This document shows positions 16,895 through 23,084 of a stretch of DNA of 32,000 nt, in pieces. The notes below the pieces were generated by a model that worked only from the letters and a program-made list of their open reading frames with translations, made no database searches and was not told the origin of the DNA. This DNA is from Breznakia blatticola (GTDB lineage: Bacteria; Bacillota_I; Bacilli_A; Erysipelotrichales; Erysipelotrichaceae), in contig NZ_SODD01000025.1 of the NCBI RefSeq assembly GCF_004365815.1, positions 1 to 32,000 on the forward strand, written 5' to 3'. The position numbers and the translations under genes were made by a program. Position 1 is the first letter of the stretch, and each line of letters begins with the position of its first letter.

Positions 16895-16926
16895 GTTAGA
16901 TATGTCATTTTTTAAAAAGTTTGAAC
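16895..16926 (-). promoter_or_regulatory. ECF-type promoter candidate for the sigma gene (autoregulatory): GTTCAAAC-N15-ATATCTAAC
   Basis: The minus strand reads GTTCAAACtttttaaaaaatgacATATCTAAC, about 40 nt upstream of the sigma-gene start. It has the same flanks and spacing as 15511..15542. Confidence 0.6.
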
Positions 16927-16949
16927 TTTTTTCTCATTTTTTTAAAATT

Positions 16950-16996
16950 TTAAAAAAGAAAAAAGGTTACTTCTCCCAACTGGAAAATGTAACCTT
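16950..16996 (-). terminator. Rho-independent terminator just upstream of the sigma promoter
   Basis: The minus strand reads AAGGTTAC-(18-nt loop with inner GGA/TCC pairing)-GTAACCTT followed by TTTTTTCTTTTTT. Confidence 0.55.
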
Positions 16997-17161
16997 ATAT
17001 GGTATATTTAGGTTTTTTACATTGTAAAAAAAGACGCACTTGTTGTGCTTTTCACTTGATTACCCACACTGATTGCATCATATAGTATCTATCAATTAGA
17101 AACTATATATATATCCCCTACAAATCACTTTACACACATAAGGAAAGAATTTCCTAGGTTA

Positions 17162-17190
17162 ATAATATTTTTTCAGAAGATTTCTGTCAA
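17162..17190 (-). promoter_or_regulatory. Orphan sigma-A promoter candidate (TTGACA - 17 nt - TATTAT) with no ORF downstream
   Basis: The minus strand reads TTGACAgaaatcttctgaaaaaaTATTAT. The following approx 120-200 nt contain no ORF longer than 9 codons and end at T-run hairpins (about 17035 and 16950-16996). Confidence 0.45.
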
Positions 17191-17212
17191 CAATTTTGCT
17201 TCTTTATCGATT

Positions 17213-17251
17213 AAAAAACTTCGTTAGTTTTATGTCTCTAACGAAGTTTTT
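17213..17251. terminator. Bidirectional hairpin terminator (13-bp stem) after the ribokinase remnant
   Basis: AAAACTTCGTTAG-(10-nt loop)-CTAACGAAGTTTT, flanked by an A-run and a T-run. Confidence 0.6.
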
Positions 17252-17254
17252 ATG

Positions 17255-17430
17255 TTATGTATTATTTAAAAATGCTTCGATTTTTTCCTGCGTCGGAATT
17301 CCTGTTTGTGCACCCAAGTGCTCTGTTGATATCGATGCTCCTGCACTTGCAAATTGAATTGCTTCCTTCAACTTGATTCCTTTTGCTAATTGCATTGCAA
17401 GAATCCCATTAAATGTATCTCCAACAGCAA
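17255..17430 (-). pseudogene. 3' remnant of a ribokinase/PfkB-family carbohydrate kinase gene (last approx 55 codons only)
   Basis: ..GDTFNGILAMQLAKGIKLKEAIQFASAGASISTEHLGAQTGIPTQEKIEAFL matches the C-terminal (G)AGDTF..A......G......A...A.AAAA..V...GA....P part of ribokinases. The first approx 250 codons are absent, and upstream sequence is non-coding. Confidence 0.65.
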
Positions 17431-17490
17431 TCAAAAATATTATAACAACCAACAAAAAAGTGTAAAATACACTACAAAAAAGTGCGAAAG

Positions 17491-17534
17491 TAAAAATTGC
17501 TAAAACCTTATGAATAAAGGGCTTAGCAATTTTT
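17491..17534 (-). terminator. Long hairpin (12-bp outer stem AAAAATTGCTAA/TTAGCAATTTTT plus inner CCTT/AAGG) downstream of the HAD gene
   Basis: Read directly from the sequence. Flanks are T-rich on both strands. It lies 80 nt after the HAD stop codon. Confidence 0.45.
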
Positions 17535-17615
17535 TATGCTTTTTTACTTCTAAAGTCTAGATACCAATGGATATAGAAAGAACATAAGAAATGTATCAAA
17601 TTTATGTCTGTTAAT

Positions 17616-18278
17616 TCAATCGGATTCATTCATCTTTAAAACTATACGCACTGCATCAAACATTGTGTCCACAATAATATCTGCATCACTTTGATCAATA
17701 TCAAAATTATAGTCCTTGATTGCAATAACATACATTCCTGCTCGTTTTCCTGCTTGTATTCCATAATAAGAATCCTCAATTACAACACATTCATCTGGAT
17801 TTATCCCAAAGTGTTTAGCACATGTGATGTATATTTCAGGATCCGGTTTACTGTTTTCAAACATTTCACCAGAAATTATGTAATCTAATTTTGGTATTAA
17901 CCCACAGTTCTTCAAGTTATACTTTAGTGGTTCTAATCGTGATGAACTTGCTACAGCTACATGAATATTATGATCTTTAAGCATTTGAAACGATCTTGGC
18001 ACATCTTCAAACATAATCTCTTTGTAATCTAATCGACGTACAACTTCACGAAAATCCCATAGTTTTTGTTGGAATTCTTCATATGTGTATGGTGGGTTTG
18101 CTTTATCATATATAACTCTCCACAAATCCATTTGCACACTTGAGCCAATTAGATTACGTAAATCTTGAGGATCATACGATAACCCTAATTGCTTTACAAA
18201 TTCTTCATTTAATCCGTTCACTAAGACTTCTGAGTTGACAATTACACCATCAAAGTCACTAAATACCGCTTTTATCAT
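17616..18278 (-). CDS. HAD-IA family hydrolase (sugar phosphatase / beta-phosphoglucomutase-like)
   Basis: Motif I is AVFSDFDGVIVNSE (DxDG). Later motifs are VASSS, K..PDPEIY and VIEDSYYGIQAGKRAG. Start placed at MIKAVF (18278) with AGGAAGGAAG upstream; the ORF-track start is at 18302. Confidence 0.8.
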   Translation of the reverse strand: MIKAVFSDFDGVIVNSEVLVNGLNEEFVKQLGLSYDPQDLRNLIGSSVQMDLWRVIYDKANPPYTYEEFQQKLWDFREVVRRLDYKEIMFEDVPRSFQMLKDHNIHVAVASSSRLEPLKYNLKNCGLIPKLDYIISGEMFENSKPDPEIYITCAKHFGINPDECVVIEDSYYGIQAGKRAGMYVIAIKDYNFDIDQSDADIIVDTMFDAVRIVLKMNESD

Positions 18279-18312
18279 AGTTATATTATCTTCCTTCCTC
18301 ATATATAAAGCA

Positions 18313-18334
18313 AGGTAGAGATTGCTCTCTACCT
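18313..18334 (-). other. Stable intercistronic hairpin (9-bp stem, 4-nt loop) between murQ copy 1 and the HAD gene
   Basis: AGGTAGAGA-ttgc-TCTCTACCT. Only a weak T-tract follows on the minus strand. Confidence 0.5.
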
Positions 18335-18339
18335 AATGT

Positions 18340-19230
18340 TTATTTTATATTTCGAATGTGTCCTTTACTTGTTTCTAGTAAAGCTTCTGCTTTAGCTACA
18401 TCACAGTTATGTAAGATCATCACTATTGCAACTTTCACTCTGTTCCCACTTGCTTCTATTGCTTGTTCGATTACTTCATCACTTGCATCTGTAACTTCTT
18501 TAATGATATTTTTCCCTCTTTGTACAAGTTTTTTATTTGATAGCTTTACATCCACCATCAGGTTTTCATAAGCTTTTCCTACTCCAACCATCGCTCCTGT
18601 TGAAATCATATTCAAGACTAGTTTTTGAGTTGTTCCTGCTTTTAAGCGTGTGGATCCAGTCAATACTTCTGGTCCAGGAACTGCTTCAATTGCCAGTTTT
18701 GCAACTGCTCCAATTTCACTATTTTTGTTGCATGCAATTGCTACTGTATGACATCCAATTTCATTTGCATATTCTAATGCTTCAATTACATATGGTGTTC
18801 TTCCACTTGCTGCCAATCCAACAACTAAATCATTTTCATTTGCATCAATACGCTTTAAATCTTCAACACCTTCACTTAGTGAATCTTCACTTCCTTCTTT
18901 TGCTTTTACGAATGCACTATCTCCTCCGGCAATCAAACCGACAACTGTATCATATGATACCCCGAAGGTTGGTGGACATTCTACTGCATCTAGTACACCT
19001 AAACGACCTGAAGTACCTGCACCCATATAAATGATTCGTCCACCATTACTTAATGCTTCAATTCCCCAAGTAATTGCTTGTGCAATTTCAGGAAGTACTT
19101 TTTCAATAGCTTCAGGAACTTTTTTATCTTCATCATTCATTTTCTTGGCAAATTCAAGAGGTGATAAAATATCTAAATCCATTGTATTTGGATTTCTTTG
19201 TTCCGTTGTTAATTTCGTTAAATCTATCAT
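18340..19230 (-). CDS. murQ: N-acetylmuramic acid 6-phosphate etherase (copy 1)
   Basis: 296 aa, colinear with E. coli MurQ (TEQRNPNT.DLD, GGRIIYMGAGTSGRLGVLDA.ECPPTFGV, AASGRTPYVI, TGSTRLKAGTTQKLVLNM, GNLMVDV). Confidence 0.9.
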   Translation of the reverse strand: MIDLTKLTTEQRNPNTMDLDILSPLEFAKKMNDEDKKVPEAIEKVLPEIAQAITWGIEALSNGGRIIYMGAGTSGRLGVLDAVECPPTFGVSYDTVVGLIAGGDSAFVKAKEGSEDSLSEGVEDLKRIDANENDLVVGLAASGRTPYVIEALEYANEIGCHTVAIACNKNSEIGAVAKLAIEAVPGPEVLTGSTRLKAGTTQKLVLNMISTGAMVGVGKAYENLMVDVKLSNKKLVQRGKNIIKEVTDASDEVIEQAIEASGNRVKVAIVMILHNCDVAKAEALLETSKGHIRNIK

Positions 19231-19243
19231 GTTTTCTCCTTGT
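18340..19243 (-). repeat. Dispersed duplicate A of the murQ gene plus its SD (partner 23085..23988)
   Basis: Same length and no indels in the CDS. There are 4 aa differences in 296. By eye, nucleotide mismatches cluster in the 3' two-thirds. Confidence 0.85.
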
Positions 19244-19262
19244 TCAAAGTAGTACTCTTTTA

Positions 19263-19961
19263 TTACTTATTAGAATACTTTGCTACTTCATTGGCGAAAC
19301 GTTTTGTCAGTATTTCTGGTCGTGTAATACTTGTTCCAACAACGACTGCGTATGCACCATTTTCTAATGCCAATCGTGCTTCATTAGGTGTCTCGATTTT
19401 ACCTTCTGCAATGACTGGTGTATCTGTAAACTCGGAAATCTCCTTAATCAATTTCAAATTAACGGATGTGATTTCTGAACTCTCATCAGTATATCCCGAT
19501 AGCGTTGTGGATAAAAAATCAAAGCCTAATGTATCTGCATATTTTGCTTCTTCAAGCGTTGATATTTCTCCCATAATTAGTACTTCTGGATAATTTTCTT
19601 TAATCTTTTGTACAATACTCTCAATGTTCTCCCCATTCGGTCTAGCCCTTTTTGTTGCATCTAAAGCAATAATATCAATGCCAATCTCTAAGATTTCTTT
19701 CGCACTTTCATAGGTTGGTGTGATATAGACATCACAATCATCACGAAACTGTTTATTTATTCCAATCAAAGGTAAATCAACTTTTTCTTTGATTGCTAGT
19801 AAATTGTCTTTACCAGTAGCACGAATTCCAACAGCTCCACCTTCTTTTGCAGCACTAGCAAATGCTGCCATAATTGATGAACCATACATTGCCCATCCAA
19901 CGCGAGCTTGACATGAAACAATCAACCCACCTTTGATTTCTTCCATTACCTGCTTTTTCAT
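19263..19961 (-). CDS. nanE: N-acetylmannosamine-6-phosphate 2-epimerase
   Basis: GGLIVSCQA, GAVGIR, DIIALDAT.R.RP, STTLSGYT, VIAEGK..TP and VVVGTSITRP match NanE. Confidence 0.88.
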   Translation of the reverse strand: MKKQVMEEIKGGLIVSCQARVGWAMYGSSIMAAFASAAKEGGAVGIRATGKDNLLAIKEKVDLPLIGINKQFRDDCDVYITPTYESAKEILEIGIDIIALDATKRARPNGENIESIVQKIKENYPEVLIMGEISTLEEAKYADTLGFDFLSTTLSGYTDESSEITSVNLKLIKEISEFTDTPVIAEGKIETPNEARLALENGAYAVVVGTSITRPEILTKRFANEVAKYSNK

Positions 19962-21554
19962 TTAGAACATCCCAATCATCTTTCCAACAATACCAAGAAT
20001 AAAACTTACGATAACACAAATATACATTCCTTTTTTGTTTTTCATTAATAATTGATAGAATCCTAAAGTTATTAACAATGGAATTAGACAAGGTAAAATT
20101 GAATCTAGCAATTCTTGAACGATAATTTCTTTTTCACCGAATGTCCAAACATAAGCGACTGGTGCTTTAACAAATCCAACGATCATTGCACCAACAACCA
20201 TCATTCCGACAATTGTTGCTCCTTGTACAAACTTGTCAATAAGGTTTCCTTCTTTCATACGAGCAACGATGCTTGTTCCTAGAGCATATCCGTGCTTGAT
20301 AAATAACCATCTTGATCCAACATTTAAGATTAAGTTTGGAACAATAAAGATGATTGGTCCAAGAATACTTCCATCCAATGCTAATCCAGCTCCAATTGCA
20401 GCAAATACTGTCATGAATGTTGCCTTAAATACAGAATCTCCAATTCCTGATAAAGGTCCCATTAGTGCAGCTTTTGTTGATGAAATAGCTTCACCTGTAA
20501 TTGGCTTACCTAAAGCTCTTTGTTCTTCAAGAGCAAGAGATACTCCCATTACCGCATTTCCAGTATATGGATGACAGTTAAAGAATTCATTGTGACGAGT
20601 TAGTGCTTCTGTTAAATCTTCTTTATTTGGATATAGTTTTTTCAGTGCTGGAATCATTGCAAATGCAAACCCTAAACTACAGTAACGTTCGTAGTTGATA
20701 CTAGTCATTGAGAAGAATGAACGGAAGAATGTTGAACGTAATTCTTTTTTAGTAAGAATGTGTTCAAGTTCTTCTGGTGCACTTGAGTCACCATCATCAT
20801 CTAAGTCAAATTCATCTTTTGGTTCGTTTTTCTTTTCAAAGATAAACATCGCAGCTGCAATACCAAACCCAAGTAAAGATACAGGAAGAACCGCTAAATT
20901 CACATATGTTGCTAAAACAAATCCAATTAAGAAGAATGGCCAGTATTTTTTCATATCCATCATTTTAAGTAACATTGCCATTCCTACTGCTGGCAAGATA
21001 CCAGAAGCAACTTTCATACCATCAGTGACAATTGCTGGCAAACTAGCAACTATGTTGTTTACAAAGTCACTACCGAAATACACCGCTAAAAATGATGGAA
21101 TAAAGAATACGATAAAGAATATTGGTATCCCTGCTAAATGAGCTAATTCTACTTTACGAATTTCACCGTTTGCTAAGTATTTATCTGCACGGTGCATAAT
21201 AATAATATTTATATTCCATGCAAACATAATCAATAATTGTGCTAGCATCCCAATTGGTAATGCTAGTGTAATCCCAACTTCTGGATTTCCTCCATTTTGA
21301 ATTGCGAATACAGTTGATAGCATACCGGCAATTTGTGCATTTGGTGGTACACTTCCTCCAATTGGTAGGATTCCCATATACATAAGTTCTACACTACCAC
21401 CTACAATAAGTCCGGTTTGAACATCTCCTAAAATCAAACCAATCACTGGTCCTGCAAAGATTGGACGTGAGATCATCCAATATCCATAACCATAGTTTTC
21501 AGTTATTACAATTGCGATAAAAACACTCAGTAATAACGCGCTTACTAATGACAT
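19962..21554 (-). CDS. PTS mannose/fructose/sorbose-family fused IIC-IID membrane component
   Basis: 530 aa. The N-terminal approx 240 aa are IIC-like (multi-TM, GPVIGLILGD). An acidic linker follows (KKNEPKDEFDLDDDGDSSAPEELE). The C-terminal half is IID-like (LTKKELRSTFFRSFFSMTSINYERYCSLGFAFAMIP). Confidence 0.85.
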   Translation of the reverse strand: MSLVSALLLSVFIAIVITENYGYGYWMISRPIFAGPVIGLILGDVQTGLIVGGSVELMYMGILPIGGSVPPNAQIAGMLSTVFAIQNGGNPEVGITLALPIGMLAQLLIMFAWNINIIIMHRADKYLANGEIRKVELAHLAGIPIFFIVFFIPSFLAVYFGSDFVNNIVASLPAIVTDGMKVASGILPAVGMAMLLKMMDMKKYWPFFLIGFVLATYVNLAVLPVSLLGFGIAAAMFIFEKKNEPKDEFDLDDDGDSSAPEELEHILTKKELRSTFFRSFFSMTSINYERYCSLGFAFAMIPALKKLYPNKEDLTEALTRHNEFFNCHPYTGNAVMGVSLALEEQRALGKPITGEAISSTKAALMGPLSGIGDSVFKATFMTVFAAIGAGLALDGSILGPIIFIVPNLILNVGSRWLFIKHGYALGTSIVARMKEGNLIDKFVQGATIVGMMVVGAMIVGFVKAPVAYVWTFGEKEIIVQELLDSILPCLIPLLITLGFYQLLMKNKKGMYICVIVSFILGIVGKMIGMF

Positions 21555-21572
21555 ATATTTCCCTCAATCTTT

Positions 21573-22037
21573 CTAAATTAATTTCATTAAATCTTCACTT
21601 GTGTCTGAAGGTGTAGTTCGTACATCAAGTGCAACACCATTTGCATCTAACTTTTTGAAGTCTTCAATCATTGCATCATCCACATAAACAGTCTTTGATA
21701 GTTGACGACGACCTTCTTTAAAGTAGATACCTCCAACATTAATAGAGTCAAATGTAACTCCATTGTTCATCATTTTTACAAGAACTCCTGGTTCTTTTAC
21801 AACGATGAAGAAACGTTTATTTCCGTTTCGTTCTAAAAATTTTACTGCTTTTTCATCATCAACAACTAAGCATTTCAAACCTGCGGGGCAAGCCATTTCC
21901 AATAATGATTTTTGAAAATCATCTTTAGACACTTCGTTATCAACGACCATTACTACGTCTACTTTATACGCAGTTGTCCAAGCAAAAGCAACTTGGCCAT
22001 GAATTAATCTTTCATCAATTCTGGTAATTGTAATCAT
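21573..22037 (-). CDS. PTS mannose-family IIB component
   Basis: MITITRIDERLIHGQV is the phospho-His signature. 154 aa with SD GGAGGA upstream. Confidence 0.85.
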   Translation of the reverse strand: MITITRIDERLIHGQVAFAWTTAYKVDVVMVVDNEVSKDDFQKSLLEMACPAGLKCLVVDDEKAVKFLERNGNKRFFIVVKEPGVLVKMMNNGVTFDSINVGGIYFKEGRRQLSKTVYVDDAMIEDFKKLDANGVALDVRTTPSDTSEDLMKLI

Positions 22038-22067
22038 TTGGTATCCTCCATTTTCTTTTACACCTTC

Positions 22068-22095
22068 ATCATAGACTAATGAAACTATATGTCAA
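22068..22095 (-). promoter_or_regulatory. Candidate sigma-A promoter of the Man-PTS operon (TTGACA - 16 nt - TATGAT) with an AGTTTCAT box in the spacer
   Basis: The minus strand reads TTGACAtatAGTTTCATtagtcTATGAT, about 30 nt upstream of the IIB ATG. Confidence 0.5.
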
Positions 22096-22114
22096 TAAAG
22101 TAAGCGTATAACGA

Positions 22115-22143
22115 AACAAAGTTTCATATAATGAAACTTTGTT
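22115..22143. promoter_or_regulatory. Perfect 13-bp inverted repeat AACAAAGTTTCAT-ata-ATGAAACTTTGTT (operator and/or terminator of the RpiR gene)
   Basis: Read directly from the sequence. It overlaps the RpiR-family gene stop codon and sits 20 nt upstream of the -35. It shares the octamer ATGAAACT with the promoter spacer box. Confidence 0.5.
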
Positions 22144-22978
22144 AATTGGTGATTCGCGTTTTATTTACTTTCTCAATTGCTTGATCATAATCTAATTGTG
22201 ATACTAATGCATATAAAATATCAACGATATACAATTGCGTAATACGTGATGCCATCGCTCCACTTCTAAACAGTGTTTCTCTACTACTCACAGCAATCGA
22301 TACATCTGCAATTGAAGCTAATGTATTCGAAGTACTGCTCGTAATACATATAACATAACATCCGTTTTTTTGACACTCATTTGCAATGTCAATCATCTCC
22401 TTTGTTTCTCCACTATAAGAAAAGACCATTGCAACATGTTTCGAAGAAGAGTTTAAAGCTTGTACCCACTGTCTATCATTTAGTTGATAACAAGCAACAT
22501 TTTTTCCAATTCTCATAAATTTATACGTTGCATCAAGTGCAACTACATTGGATGCTCCAATGCCATAAAAATCTACTACTTGTGCTTTATGAATCCGATT
22601 AGCAGCCTCCACAAGACTATCTTCATTTAGGATTATTCTTGTTTCCTCAATAGAGTGCACATCAATATTCGTAATCTTATCAATGACTGTTTTTGGACTA
22701 TCATCTCGACTTACAGTTGTTGTATCCAATACATTTAAATGTACATTCTCAAACCCCTGTAGTTCAGAAGCAATCATTATCTTAAACTGATTAAAGCCTT
22801 TTGCACCAACTCGTTTACATAAACGAACAACCGTTGCAGTTGATGTAAATGTTTCTTTTGCAACTTCATAAATTGTCATATCAACAATTCGCTTTGGATC
22901 CTTTAAAATAAAATCTCTAATTTGTTTTTCTGCTTCTGGAAGGTTTCGATAATCTCTTAATTTTATTAGCACGCTCAT
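22142..22978 (-). CDS. MurR/RpiR family transcriptional regulator (HTH_6 + SIS domain)
   Basis: The N-terminal RpiR HTH is EKQIRDFILKDPKRIVDMTIYEVAKETFTSTATVVRLCKRVGAKGFNQFK. The SIS domain is VDFYGIGASNVVA..., FSYSGETKE. Start placed at ATG 22978 (TGAGG 6 nt upstream). The ORF-track GTG at 22999 overlaps the putative -10. Confidence 0.85.
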   Translation of the reverse strand: MSVLIKLRDYRNLPEAEKQIRDFILKDPKRIVDMTIYEVAKETFTSTATVVRLCKRVGAKGFNQFKIMIASELQGFENVHLNVLDTTTVSRDDSPKTVIDKITNIDVHSIEETRIILNEDSLVEAANRIHKAQVVDFYGIGASNVVALDATYKFMRIGKNVACYQLNDRQWVQALNSSSKHVAMVFSYSGETKEMIDIANECQKNGCYVICITSSTSNTLASIADVSIAVSSRETLFRSGAMASRITQLYIVDILYALVSQLDYDQAIEKVNKTRITN

Positions 22979-22997
22979 GTTATACCTCATTTGTTTC

Positions 22998-23026
22998 ACT
23001 ATAGCAAAGTGCTAAAAATTAAGCAA
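22998..23026 (-). promoter_or_regulatory. Candidate promoter of the RpiR-family gene (TTGCTT - 17 nt - TATAGT)
   Basis: The minus strand reads TTGCTTaatttttagcactttgcTATAGT, immediately after the murQ copy-2 terminator. Confidence 0.4.
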
Positions 23027-23029
23027 ACA

Positions 23030-23072
23030 CAAAAAAACTTGGTATAAAAGCGACTCTCTTCTACCAAGTTTT
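23030..23072 (-). terminator. Terminator of the MurNAc operon (after murQ copy 2)
   Basis: ACTTGGTA/TACCAAGT stem with a loop of about 17 nt, followed by TTTTTTT on the minus strand. Confidence 0.55.
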
Positions 23073-23084
23073 ACTTTACTATTA

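Noticed and set aside
18356-19593. Plus-strand ORFs antisense to murQ copy 1 and nanE (71, 165, 73, 68 and 117 aa), and the matching set antisense to murQ copy 2 (23092..24021)
   Set aside because: They are duplicated only because murQ is duplicated. The sequences are Leu/His/Gln-rich with no recognisable motifs and no SD, and they lie fully within confidently assigned genes.
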